From Auanema rhodensis (Eukaryota; Animalia; Nematoda), in NCBI GenBank assembly GCA_964057225.1, contig OZ059897.1, forward strand, positions 14,880,001-14,944,000: DNA of 64,000 nt. Reading direction: 5' to 3'. This document shows, one piece after another, positions 15,001 through 28,609 of the stretch. A model generated the notes under the pieces. It was not told the origin of the DNA. It ran no database searches and saw nothing but the letters and a program-made list of their open reading frames with translations. Every line of letters begins with the position of its first letter. The first letter of the stretch is position 1. The translations under genes were made by a program, and so were the position numbers.

Positions 15001-18000
15001 ATGGATGTCATTGACTCCAAAATTTTTAAATATGCTTATAGGTGAAACAAGTTCTTAATATTTTGTTTAACGTTCGAGTTATGCTTTAGATACTCTTGTT
15101 GAGCATATTGAAATGCAGTATAATGCATCTTGGAATACTGATCTTGGATCAGATGTAAGATCCAAATTCTATTGTAGCAGTATTATTTTTGTTTCAGATA
15201 AGAATATCTGTTTTGAGTACTTTGCTCTCCATTCATTGCTGCCCAATTACAAACAGGATGCGTAAGTCTTACATTTGTCGAGATCTTTTAACCTTGTTAT
15301 TGTTTATATAGAAAGATTTGGTAGAGATGATGTTGAACCTCTAGCTAATGTATTCATTCAACGTAAACATCCCGGACATGAAACAGGATTCACTTGGTCT
15401 AAAATATGTACCATCGTTACCAGAGTTCTTGATCACGATACAAGGTATGTTTTCTTGTTACTTTTGAATTAATATTATTTTGTAGCTGGACTGTAATTCA
15501 AGAATGTCTTCAAAAGTTAGGAAGAGTACTGGAGCATATCGAACTTGTGTTAACAGCTTCTTTCCAAGAGGTTGAATTACTCATTCATTCCTTAGTTTCT
15601 CTATATAGAAGAAATGAGGAAAAAACCACAAGTTTCCCAGTAGGTCCTTTATCGAAGTATTTGCCTCCTGTATTAGCTACACTGGTATGTCTTATTTATT
15701 TGAAGTATTATTAACTTATGTTTTAACTAGATTAATTACACAATGACCCAAGAAAATAAAAGTCAAGAAGTTTGTAGAGTTCTAACGGACTGTATTAAAT
15801 ATGAACAGATTGAGGTAATTTAATTTAAGTTCAAGCATATCAGATAGCTCTATTTACTTCAGGCTATAATGGCTTGTGATATTGCTATTCTATTAGTTCC
15901 TGAAAGAATGAGTTCTAATGCTCACACTTTAATTGAAGAGCTATTAAAAGTAAAGCCAACTTCAACGAGGGCGATACCTGTAATTGAACTGCTTAGTGAT
16001 TCTGCAGATATTCCAGAGTTTCAGCAGCTTTTTAAGGTATTCATCATCTATTAATTATTTCGAGATCAGAAAAAAAATTTCAGCCAGACTACTATAAGAA
16101 GATCGTTGATATTTTAGTGCCTTATGCTGATGTCAGAGAATTCAGCACATATATCGTAGCATGCACTCATAGAGTTTTAATGCGCTGGTATGTTAGAACA
16201 CCTGAACATGTTCGTGTTGAGATCGGAGAGTAAGTTATAATTTTGTTTCCGAATTATATTTTTTCTTTCAGTCACATTTTGAAGTCTGTCACTGATCTCT
16301 ATAATAGATCTTCTATTTCGGAAGGTATACCTAGACAGCATAGTGGAGATGGGCGTCAAGTTTGTTTTTTTATATTTTATCTATTTTCTCAGATCCGAAA
16401 TTGTTAGGTTCCCGGTAATCTATTTTTGTTGGGAGGTGATCCGGCTACTCCTCCACCTATGGATGGAATGGGCTCGTTCCGAGAAGAGAAAAAGCCTGAT
16501 AGTGTATATAAAAAAACTAAAGCAAGAGATAATTCATACATTTTAGATAAGTGAAGAAATACTTCGTGCCCTGGATTGTTTTATACGTTTAGGTCGACTT
16601 GATGACATAATAGGTTCAGCAGTGGTACATCTCTATTTTTTCAAATATTTATTACAACTTCTTAATCTTAGCCACCTGATCATTTAATAGAGGCTAATGT
16701 GGAACATTATTATGTCAATGATTGCATTGTTTCTGTGCGTACGCTGGTTGACAAAGAGGACGGTGAGTGTTTTTGTGTTATCTTTCTTCATCGGTTTTAT
16801 TTTCATTTCGGGGAATATACCAAAAACTTTGTTCTGACGTAAATATTCGTCACTTTATCACTTTATCATATCATGAAAAGAAATTTAAAACGTTGTAAAA
16901 TGATATACACTCTTACGTTCAGATTGTGACAACGATGTTTTCACCACCTCGAGTGATGTTGCAAGCTCACCACCGGTTGAGAACTTTGCTGAGACGGTAT
17001 CGTTCACAAATGTTTATTAAAAAAATTAGGGTGTTTTTTTTTCAGAGAAGAAGACATCAATCTGCTATTCAAGATCGTCGATCAGCTTTGGCTCGTAACA
17101 TTGAAAGTATTGGTCAAAAACCAAAAGCTTTAGATGATTTATACGCTGTTGGTGGACCACACCAACAAGGTCGCCGAAAAGATAAAGGTTTGACTTTCAG
17201 TGAGTACTGTAGCTATTTTTATCCAGTTCGCTCCTCAACATTTGCATATCTTAATGTTCGTCATATGTATGGAAAAACATCTTGGTTGATGAGAACTTTT
17301 GAAGACTGGCCAGAAGATTTCTTACTTTGTATAACACATTTACTCTTTTATTCCATCTTTATAATGTTGTTCAGCTTCATCGTCTCCTTGGCTCGTAGTA
17401 AGTCTTTTGAACCATCTTCTACCATCTAATGGCATTACACGATTAATTAAAAAGGATGATGATGTTGAGCGTTCGTTAAGAGTACTTGACACAGTAAGAT
17501 TGCGAATAAGTTTTAGCTAAAGTTTATCCTACTCTTATAGGTTCAAGGTGTCGAGTTTCATGCTGTTGGTGTTTTATTCATAGCTTCTCACCAAGAAACA
17601 GATGCAGAGATACTATCCAATACATATGGGTCAGATCGTTATGCTCGGTTTATAAAACTTTTGGGAGAACCAATATCTTTGGATGGCAAACCAGGCGGTT
17701 TGGAATCTCCTCTTCATGGAAGTTACACATATGAGGACCGAGATGAGCTTACTCGAATTGTTGGTGGAAATTGAGAACATGGTTCTGAAATAACATTTTC
17801 AGGTTTTCTTGATATCAACGTTGATGCCAAACGTTCCAAATGATCCGAATTGCAATTCTAAAAAGAAGCTTATCGGAAATAATTTTGTTCTTGTTGTCTT
17901 TAATGAAAGCGGGAAAACATGGAAGATAGGTAACGTATGTGGACAGTTTGCTTCTGTCTGTATCGAAGTCGTACCTTCTGATGCAAAAAGTCTTTTGATT

Positions 18001-18359
18001 ACTGTACATGCTAAACAAGACATTTCCTGTTGGCTTGCTATGAAACGAGTCCTACTTAGTGACGTGTAAGTTTTCATTTCTAGTTTCCCTACCGTATACC
18101 AAGACAATTCCTTCGACGAAGTTACAGTAGTCTATGGATAACAATATCTTTGTCTTGCTGAATCTTTAATATATCTTAGGAATATTTTTGTATATTTAGA
18201 AGCGCTGCTCGTCTTCTTCGGAAATTGATAGTTCGCTCCTTATTATCAGTTAATGTTACTAGACATGGCGATGAATCGTACATATCAGCTGGTGTCAGTC
18301 GTCTCCGTAGTATTCGCCAGATCAAGGAGCGATATAAACCTAAGCTCAGGAATCTATAA
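12020..18359 (+). CDS. TSC2: Tuberin / TSC2 (Rheb GAP), many short exons
   Basis: N-terminal tuberin motifs AWCLTRKLLNSHLGH and VVRGAVFCLTDAIWG; central VRHMYGKTSWLM; C-terminal Rap-GAP domain ILSNTYGSDRY and STLMPN...KKKLIGNNFVLVVFNES including the catalytic Asn. The start codon is the least certain part. Confidence 0.9.
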
Positions 18360-18827
18360 AAACAGATAGTATTGTTAAGTGTATTTTGTTTTTTTTTACA
18401 AATTTTTTGTTGGTCTCGTTTTACTTGATATAGCTACAGGTATTCATACTCAGTCGATCTTCTTTTCCAAATTCACATGGTCAGCTAACTAGTCGAAGTT
18501 AAGAATTCGAGTATTTATTGAAGCTGTTTTACTACTCTGTGCTCTTGATTTTTTGTGGGTTGTCATCTTTTCCAATTGCCTTGTTAACGTTTTTCACCTT
18601 TCAAGCCCGCACTCTATTCATGTTTTATAATAGATTTTTTAGTAATAATATCTTTGTACTTTAGGATTCCATGTAAATTTAGATCTTATATGGCAGTTGT
18701 AAACTCTCTGCCTATTAATAAAATCAATTTCTTTTTTTATTTGAATGTTGAAAGTTCATAATTGTTGTGGTCTTCTAATATTTTTATTGTCGATCGTTCA
18801 TTTTTAAACTTAAGTTCAGCATAGAAA

Positions 18828-19819
18828 ATGCGTAACGTAGAGATCAAAGCCAAGGTTCATGACAGAAACAAGATTGTCGAATTGGCCAAGAAGTTAGTCG
18901 GAGAAGTATGACATCATTTTCTGTTCTCTTGTCTGTGATCATGATGTTTAGGAGCCTGCTGAACTTATTCAGCATGACATCTTCTATAATTCTCCAAAAG
19001 GACGTATGAAGATGAGATCAGTTACAAATAACGGAGTGGTATATAAACATTTTTACAGCATTAGAATCAAGAAGTGTCTTTGTTTTTAGAGAAGATCTGA
19101 ACTGATTTGGTATGACCGCCCTGATGTTTCCGGTCCAAAGCTTAGCGAATATAACAAGACTGATCTTGACGATGCTACCCTTGAAAGCCTAAAAAAATCG
19201 TTAGCGTTATCTATGGGATTAAAGGGGGAGGTTAAGAAAAGACGAACCCTTCTCGTTCATAATCAAACTAGAATTCATATTGATACTGTGGAAGGATTAG
19301 GTGATTTTATGGAACTAGAGGTATGATTATAACATATATCAATCAAATATGAAATTAACAGATATTACCACACATTGCATCATGTTTCTGCATCTTAATC
19401 TATTTCCTTATCCTAACATTAAACGAGTTGTCTTGTGTTGCTTATCATTTTAGCTTCATAAAAACTTAAAATTATTATTTTGATTTTCTAATTTTCACTA
19501 TTACCCCCTGCAACTCATACACTGTGTTCTCTTCATAAACAGAACATTAACCTAGTTCATGACATGTTCTGGGCTCACATTGTCTTTTGTTCAAAGATCT
19601 TAGCATTGTAGCACTTCAAATGTGACTTGTTTTTTTCATTTTAGAATAATTATATTTTTTGGAATTTCTTATCAAACAAATTTTCAGGTTGTTTTAAATG
19701 ATTCACAATCTGTTGCTGATGGTGAGAAAATCGCAAACGAAATACAACAGGCTCTCGAAGTAGCAGATGCTGATCTTTTAACTTGTGCTTATATGGACAT
19801 GTTGAATGCTCAGAAGTAG
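18828..19819 (+). CDS. CYTH-domain (CyaB-like / triphosphate tunnel metalloenzyme) protein, 4 exons
   Basis: MRNVEIKAK (ExExK-like), QHDIFY, ELIWYDRPD, GPKLSEY, VKKRRTL, TRIHIDTVEGLGDFMELEVVL, AYMDML. Confidence 0.92.
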
Positions 19820-22124
19820 AACTATACACTTCCTATTTGAAACAAGTATTTACTACATTTGCAAAAAGTGTTGTTTTTGTGTTGAAATAAAATTATTTTT
19901 TTGTTATTTTCCTATTCTTCAAGTTTCTTGTCTAATTTTGTAAGTGTATCTATTTACGGGAGATGCACCACGTTTTATAGCTTTCGAAATAAGCGAACGT
20001 TTTCAATATTTTGCTTAACTGAAGTTCATGTGACCAAATTGGCACAGTTTTGAAGCGATTCCCATGGTCGCTATCAGCGTGAAAACAGATGAACTCGGTT
20101 GTCCTTACAACGTCATCCGCTTAGCGATTTCGTCTTCGCGCCGTCCTCTACTTCACATATCACCCAGGATATCACCATAACCTGTTGAAAACAGCTGGGT
20201 ATTAATATTTTTTAAATAAATTTCATTTGCTCAAGTTTATATGCTTCTACTTTCAGACAAAACAGTACAATATACTTTTAAAAGTTCATAAGATGACTGT
20301 ACAATTCTAGTCCACATATCTGAATGTTTGACGTTTTCACTTTCAGACATTTTTGTTATTAAATGTTATTTCGTAATTATTAGGAATACTGCGTTCTGAT
20401 TCTTAATTTTTATTGTACTTATTCTATAAGATAAAACTATGTTTTGTTTACAATTCACACGTCTTGTTCGCCTTCTACTATACGCCTTCTGCGTAGTACA
20501 TCGCTGATAGCTCTATAGATTCATTAAACTTAGAATGTACAAAACATATATTCTTAAATATTGTCTGAATTTCTAATAACCACATAAGGTTTTTCTCATT
20601 TTTTTAATCTAATTGAAAATAAAGAGTATATAATTCAGCGTACAATTCATTCTCCCATACATCATATTTTGCAATCTTTTTTACACCATCTAACAGTCTC
20701 CCCCAACACGTCAAATCCTTTAGTTTCGACCACCGTCAGGCACAGTTCACGTGGCAGAAAAACTAAATGGGAATAACTATAGAAAAGTATTCATATAAAA
20801 TATTTTTTTATTTCTATCATACCTCATTACTTAATTACTTACTTACTTTCACATGTATTGATGATAAATAGATTCAACTTTGAACGTTGACAAGAAAGTT
20901 CAAGGTTGACGTATGAAACACTTGGCGTTTATATATATATTTATATTCTGAACCAAAAATAGCTATTAAAATCATGAAAATGATACATTCACCGGAAATA
21001 TTATGAATAACATTATATTAACTTTTATCAAGTTAATAAAAACAATTTTTAAGGGAATAAATTTCACAAATGGTTATTCAATGATAATAGGAACATGTGC
21101 TATTCACGTGGCCATCCCACGTCATTTTAATTCACGCAAGTCTCTGAGAAGTCATTTAAGTATTTCTTAAAGCAGTTAACGGTTGCACCCAGGCTCAGGC
21201 GCTTAACCTATTAGAACATTTTTTAAAATAAAAAAATTGCGAAATTCTAACAGAACTACTTTGGGTTGTGTTTACTCCCTTGGGAAGTTGATATTGTATG
21301 TTTCAGAGTACATTCTTCAATTATGATCAATATTTCCCACATACAATTACAAAGAATGAGTTATCCTACAAGGCATCATATCAAAGAAGTTGTGGCCTAA
21401 TAGACCTCTGTACTGTGTCGTTCTTTAGCGAGAACAGTTCACCTAGCTCTGTTTGATCCTGTTCTGCCCAAAAAAAGGCATATCTTTACTGAACCAATTC
21501 CATCTCCATTCAAATTGTCCTTTCTCTTAATTAACTAGATACATTCATTTGTGCGTAAATGTGTATATGAATAGAAAAAGAGAAAGAATAGATTTGCCTT
21601 TCAGAATTGTATGTGTGGAAGGTTACAGTTTGACTAGCAGATACAATACGTTTGAAGTGAACTTAATTTGTAATAAACTATCTCTCTGATTTTTTTACTT
21701 GTGGCTCTAATTTTTCCTTAAGTTTTTTTCTGTATTACTACTTATATTGGCACGTTGTTGTATAATTTATTTAAAATATTACGCTTTACGATTAACTAAT
21801 GATGATGTATTGTGTTGTTCCGTCAATTTTGAGGCGGGGCCTTGCGTTGTTTTTAGCATCTCTATATAAGTTGTGGACATTATGGTCTTATGCTGCTTCC
21901 GATCCTCGCTGATCTTCGTCTGTCGTTCTCTAGCCCAGTCAGCCTACTGTCTTTGAGAACTAGCATTGCCGCACCTAATCATTTAGCTCCACCTACTTCG
22001 TTCTCAGATCGTTTTTCCCATAAACTTTCTTTGCACGACAAAATTTGACATTTCTATAAAAAAATTTTTCGTCTATTGTATTTATTGATATTGTAGCATG
22101 TTTAATTATTTTAATTTTCAGGTT

Positions 22125-24913
22125 ATGGCGAACGTGTATTTCCTCGTTCTTATCTATGCCATCCTCACTTTTATCACCAACTTTCCTTCGGGATTCACTA
22201 ACTCTACCGTTAACACAGCTGTTGGTCAGCTAAGAAGGTTTGTTAAGCGTGCTTTTTCTCTTCGAATACAATATAAACTGGATATAGAAAGTTATTTTTG
22301 GTATCTCTTTAGGCAAACGACATGTACTCTTAAACTTTTGAACTTTTGATATCATCTTCATATCCATCTGATCCTAAACCACCTGATTACTGATTACCAA
22401 CCCTGACAAAAGGGTCGGTACTGAAGGACACTCAGAGCGTTAAGAATTCTGATTTTGCTTGTTCTATAGGTGACAGGTGCTATACCGTATCAAAGTCACT
22501 TAAGAACATTACAACCGAAGACCCTAAAGATTTTGTTTTTTTTATTCTGATGACATATTGGTTCTTCATTACCGATTATTCTATGTTCTGATGAAAAGTT
22601 TCTCTGATGTGACCCTGTTTGAGCATTTCATTAGAAATATAACAGCAGTAAATTCATGTTTGTATAAAACTTGAGAGAGAGAAAGAAAGAATGAGAGAGA
22701 GAAAGATAGAGAGAAAACAATCAGGTTATAATCCATTGATATCATTCCGAAGTTTAGCAAAGTCCCCAACAAAGAGAACTAACCTTGGGATAAGTACTTT
22801 TGAATTTGGGGTTCGAATAGATTCAATTGGGATGATTGCCGTTAAAGATTAAATATAAACCAAAAGTTTGCTTTATGGTGATAATTATTTGATCTCGATT
22901 TTTACAGTTTCATCAATGTGTCATATGTAGAACGAGGCATAAAATTGTCTCCTTCTGCCATGCTCTTCATCCAGGTTTGAGTAGCATTTATTCAAATGTT
23001 CAACATTTGTATTCTAGTCCGCTGTTATGAACTGCTGGTTCGTAGCACAAGTCTTTGGATCCTTATATACCCCTTTGATCATGGACAGATTGGGAAGAAG
23101 AGGTATTACAGACTATTTTTTGTTCTTTTGTACTTAAACTTAAATTTAGCTGGATATATGATTGCCGTCGTTATGACATTAGTTGCCACAGTTGTGCAAT
23201 ATCTGTCTATTCAATACAAATATCCTGAAGTTCTGATTATCGGTAGAACAATCGCTGCTCTCTCTAGTCCTATTGCTGACACAAGTCTCATGTTATATAT
23301 GCAGGTTTTGATTCTTCTGTTGCAGATTAAAATTTCAAATAATTTGCAGGAAACATCTCCGCAGCACTTGCGCGGTATGGCTTCATTCTTCTGTGAAATA
23401 GGATATGGTGCCATGTGCGTGTTAGGAGGAGTACGTTTTATGATTTTTCTTTCTAGTTTTTATCAAATGTTTTATCAGTCATTTTTAATTGTTCTCTATT
23501 TTTTTCAGGTTTTGGGTATGAGAAACGTTTTAGGATATGATTTTTCAATTCTCATATTGTTTGCTGGCATACCTGAATTACTTTCTCTTGTCTTCTTATT
23601 ATTCATTCCTGAAACTCCAAAATATTTGTTGATCACCAAGTAAGCTGTTTTTCAAGATAATAGAATTCATAAGGCATTTTCAGGGGAGATCGGCGATCTG
23701 CTTTGAAATCGTTGGAATTTTTCCAAGGCAAGCAAGAAGACAATGAGCAAATTCTTGATGAATATGAGAAAGAAAAAGAATTGGATAGTGTGAATAAGAC
23801 AAGATCATCATTCAGTGTAAGAAAAAACCAAATGTTATGGTATTTTATTTTTTATATTTATAGGAAGTTTTCACTACATGGTATCTTCGTCAAGCTATCT
23901 ATATCACATCTGCTGTTTCTATCCTCTCATTACCCTTTTTCCCAATTCTTCAATCATCCACTTTCTTCTTTTTGGAATGTGGAATCGAGAGGTGAATAAC
24001 ATGTTTCTAGTGATCTTAAAAAAAATGAAAGAAAAACAACCGATCTTCATTATTTGACATAATAAAGTGACAATATATACTTTGACGTCAATCATTCACG
24101 TCAAAATTTTCAACGAAAGTGTAATTTCTTAAAATAATATTAATTATTTGTCAGGTTGATCAAAAAATATTTTTTTTTAGAAAATGGGCAGAGTTCTCTA
24201 CAACTCTTCTGCTAATTGTATTTACTGTTGCATGTGTAGCTGGAGCTTCCTTTATTGATAAATTCCCACGCCGTTTATTAATTATCACTTTCGGATCTAT
24301 TTCAACGGTAAATTTGTATAAAACTATAATTATACTACGTTTTATTTCATAGGTTTTCATTCTCGGCTTCTCAGTTTGCTCAATATGTAATAATATGACC
24401 CCTTGGGCAAAATATGCCGCCGTTGGATGTATTGTGTGTTTCTGTATTTCTCATGGGTTTGTTAGAAATTGAAATACAAATTAATTATAATTTGTATTTA
24501 GATTGGTTATGGGCCCCATAACTTGGTTCATTGCTCCTGAAATGGTTAGCCAACGCCACAAGGCTACCATTTTCGCAACAACTTTCGCCATTAGTAATAT
24601 CTTAATCTCTATTACTGATTTCTTAATTATTCCACTTTTTAAGGTAAGAGAGGAAATTAGAAAATTAAATAATTTTAAAAATTGTATTTTTCAGCACGTC
24701 GGAGGAGTTTCTTTCATAATGGTCTTTGTAATTCCCTCAGTTATTAGTTTAATTTATCTATACTTGTATCTACCTGAAACAAGAGGTAGACAAACACATC
24801 AAATCATTGCTTCCATGATGAGAAAGAACAAAAAAGTTGATAATAATAAGGATGGAACTGGGTATAAAGTTTTTGACGTCAGTAGTACTGTAGGAGAACC
24901 ACCCAAAGTTTGA
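22125..24913 (+). CDS. MFS sugar-porter (GLUT/SLC2-like) transporter
   Basis: Motifs DRLGRR, QETSPQHLRG, IPETPKYLL, IDKFPRR, GPITWFIAPEM and LPETRGR across multiple exons. Confidence 0.9.
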
Positions 24914-25552
24914 AGATCTGACATTTCTGGGACATCACCCGAAAAAGGATAGACAATAATCTCTTAATAATTTACTACTCTTTCACTGTTTTAACAACTA
25001 CTTCATTTCTTTGACTTTCCATGTTTGGAAACAACACTTTTTCTTTTCATTTTTAGAAAAGTCATTTTGACCAAATATATATTATGCTATTCATATTATA
25101 ATCTTTTCATACGGGTTGCTAGTAATAAATAATCTGTTTTATTGCTTTACATTTTTAAATAAAAAATTATTACAAATTCAGGTTCGATATTTTTAAAACA
25201 ATAAGTAAGAAAATGAATTCACAAAGAACTAAAAATATAATGAAAAAAAAGCAGTAATATTGCAAAATAAAAAAATTACAATTTTTACTTGACAATGATA
25301 GTTATTTTCTACGTTTTTTTATTATAACAATGTTCCAATAAAACTAGAGTGTTTGTATTGTTTTAATTTAACAAAAAAGGAACATACGGGTTCAAGTGTA
25401 CGCAGCAAGACACAAAATTATTATTTGAACTGCCGCGGCAGCCAAAACTTTCGCTGCGGGAACCCAGTACATTTAATACTCAGTCTCAAAAATTTTTAGG
25501 TCGGACTGAAAAACATATACTATTCATTCTAAGGCTTCTACTGTACGGAAAG

Positions 25553-26685
25553 ATGGTGAGTAATCATTTAGTAACTTGAATTGTATTAATTATTGTTATT
25601 ATGTTAGCCCTCCAAGAAGGTAGTCAAGAAGAAGGTAGCTGCTCCACCCACCCACATCAGGGCAACGGTTAATGCCGAGAAGCAGGTGAAGAATCCACTC
25701 TTCGAGAAAAGAGCTAGAAGCTTCCACATCGGTAATTTAATTTTTTAATTTTTGCATAAATTTATGTGTAAAATTTTAGGAGGAGATATCCAACACAAGC
25801 GTGACCTCACCCGTTTCGTCAAGTGGCCAAAGTACATCAGACTCCAACGTCAAAAGGCCGTTCTCCAGAAGAGACTGAAGATCCCACCAAGCGTCAACCA
25901 ATTCCGTACTGGACTTGACAAGCAAACTGGTACTTTTTTTTGGATTTATTCGCAGAACTTTATGTAATAAGCACTTTGTGCAATGATGCATGCGTTCTGA
26001 TGAACCAGGTTTGTTCTCAGACCACAGTTTTTTCCGGGCTCTAATTTTTTCCTAAGTTTTTTAATCTATGCTGTTTAACTAATCGGGTTCTGTTTCGAGA
26101 AATTTATGGTTTAATTTCAGCTTCCCAGGTATTCAAGCTTTTGGACAAGTACAGACCAGAGTCCAAGGATCAAAAGAAGGAGCGTCTCCGTGCCCGTGCT
26201 CAGGCTCGTGCTGACGGAAAGAAGGAAGAAGTTACCAAGCGTCCACCAGTTGTTCGCCAGGGTATCTGCACTATCACCCGTCTTATTGAAACCAGAAAGG
26301 CTCAACTTGTCCTCATCGCCCACGATGTTGACCCAGTAGAGATCGTTTTATACCTCCCAGCTCTCTGCCGTAAATTCAATGTACCATACGCCATTGTCAA
26401 GGGAAAGGCTGCTCTCGGACGTGTTGTTCGCAGAAAGACCGCTACTTCCCTCGCCGTCGTTGACGTCAACCCGTAAGTGATCCCATTTGGTATGGATTCT
26501 TATTGTTATTTTTTAGCGAAGATAAGGCCGCTCTTGGCAAGATCGTCGAGACCGTCAACACCAACTTCAACGAGAGAGGAGAAGAAATCAGAAAGCACTG
26601 GGGTGGAGGAGTTATGTCCGCCCGTTCTGACGCCAGAAAGACCAAGCTCGAGAGAGCCAAGGCTAAGGAACTTGGTAAACTCTAA
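25553..26685 (+). CDS. rpl-7A: 60S ribosomal protein L7a (eL8)
   Basis: ATG-only first coding exon, then PSKKVVKKK..., [56 protein letters not shown]. Confidence 0.97.
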
Positions 26686-27659
26686 ACATTTGTTGTTAAA
26701 TAAATTGTTATTGTTTAAATCTGTTGTTTTTATTCCGAGGTGGGGGGGGGAACAATCTGAGATGGCGCTAGTGTTTCATCAATTTTCGTATCCCTGAAGA
26801 TTTGGAAAATTTCTAGACAGTATTGTAATTAAATTATCGTTGGTCTTGAAGGTGACCCTTTGGTTATCCGTGAACATCGGTAATTTGGTCAACTTCCGGA
26901 TCCATGCGAGGAACATGGACGGAGATGTACCCCAACCAGACTTCCTTAGCAACTTTCACGTTCGGTAAAGTGCCGTACGAAGTTTTTTCTAATGGATACT
27001 AAGCCGTATTCTCTGACAAAGGTTTTGGCTAGGCTATTCTTTGGTGAAACTGATTTTAGAAAAACGTGTGAACCTTCTGTCGTCTGCTCTAGATTCGTCA
27101 TTCTTAATTCATTTTACTTTCATTAGCGATAGCGAATGAAACAGAAACAGACAAATAATTATAGTAAATTATAAAAATCTAAAAGAAGGCCTCCCAATCA
27201 GCCAACGCATGCCCAAGTGATCTTATGAATCTCCTATATGGCTATATGACAGACGAACGCGGCCAAAAAACTGATTTTTTCTGCTTCATTGTGTAAAACC
27301 TGGTGAGGACTACATTCCTGATATTGAATATTGATTGAATTCTTTAACTATTCATTTGAAAAAGATGATATTTCCTGTGCCTGTTCTTTTACTATTTTTA
27401 AAATGTGAGTTTAAAACAATAATTAAATAATAGAATCTTTATTTTCGTACAGATAGTTGTTATGGTACAAAAACTACTGTCGTGTCTAGCACTGAGAACG
27501 AGAAAATGAAATACATTAAAATATAATAAGTTAGGTTCTGAGATGCTCTGCCGACGACGACAGCAGACCACCTTCGCGGCTTCAACTTTGTAGAAACAAG
27601 GTCGTTGCAATGAAGTGGGAAGTGAAGTTGTGGTATAAATGGTGAAATCAAGATATGGC

Positions 27660-28609
27660 TTAATATCCTGGGGCGGTTCTTGGTGGTGGGCAGTGATCGC
27701 AGGATCCCTTGGCTCCATCGCGTCCTGGGGCACCTCCTTCTCCTGGGGCTCCTGGGTTTCCTGGGGCTCCGTCTTGTCCAGCATCTCCTTGTGGTCCTGG
27801 TGGTCCAGCTTGTCCATTTTGTCCTGGACGTCCTTCTGGTCCTTGTGGTCCTTGCTCTCCTGGCTGTCCTGGTTGTCCTGGTGGTCCTGGTGGGGCTGGG
27901 ACGGTACGGACTTGTCCTGGGGCTCCTGGCTGTCCTGGTTGTCCATCGTTTCCTGGTTGTCCTGGTGGTCCCTAAAGAAAGAATTAAAGTTATTAGGTTT
28001 AAGCTTGTAGTTAGTACTTGTGGTCCTGGAGCTCCTGGGGATCCTGGGCGTCCGTTTGGTCCTGGCTCTCCTGGGGTTCCTTGGTTTCCTGGTTGTCCCT
28101 TTGGTCCTGGAGTTCCGGTTGGTCCAGCTGGTCCAACTGGGCATTCAAAGCAGAAGTCTTCAGCACGTGGTTGAACATGATCGTTAGCAGCGTCTGGTCC
28201 TGGCTGTCCTGGGGCTCCTGGACGTCCATCGCTTCCTGGGGCTCCATCTTGTCCTGGGTTTCCTACAGATCCAGCTGGTCCAATTCCGCAAGAGCAGCAT
28301 TGGTAGGCTTGACGCTTCTCACGCTTTTCGGCAGAGCGGAAAGATTCGAGCTGTAAGTGAATAGATGAAAGAGTGAATGGAAGACATATGACATGTACAA
28401 ACCTTGGTGTATTCTCCTCTGAGTGAATCAGCACGAGTTCTGCAGAAGTTGATCTCATCTTGAAGTCCAGATTGAACGTTCTGCATGTACATGCAGAGCA
28501 TTGGAACAGCAACAATGGCGGTCAAAGTGGCAACAGTAGAGACAGCAACTCCGAAGAAGGCGAACTTCTTAACGGATTCAGCCTCGATGAGTTTATGCTT
28601 ATCTTCCAT
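27660..28609 (-). CDS. Nematode cuticle collagen (copy A), 3 coding exons
   Basis: Col_cuticle_N domain ([14 protein letters not shown]...EINFCR), furin site REKR, CCSCG, Gly-X-Y blocks, C-terminal [13 protein letters not shown]. Confidence 0.95.

Noticed and set aside
25978-26010. Box C/D snoRNA in the rpl-7A intron (ATGATG...CTGA), as in vertebrate RPL7A introns
   Set aside because: The C box is imperfect, CTGA follows after only ~9 nt, and there is no terminal D box or closing stem downstream.
27240-27251. Shared 12-mer GGCTATATGACA downstream of collagens A and C (also 34765-34776)
   Set aside because: The distances from the stop codons differ and there is no flanking similarity, so it is compatible with chance.
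27398-28515. Long alternative-frame and antisense ORFs over the collagens (also 35316-35990)
   Set aside because: These are shadows of GGA-CCA-rich Gly-X-Y codons, which lack stops in other frames.
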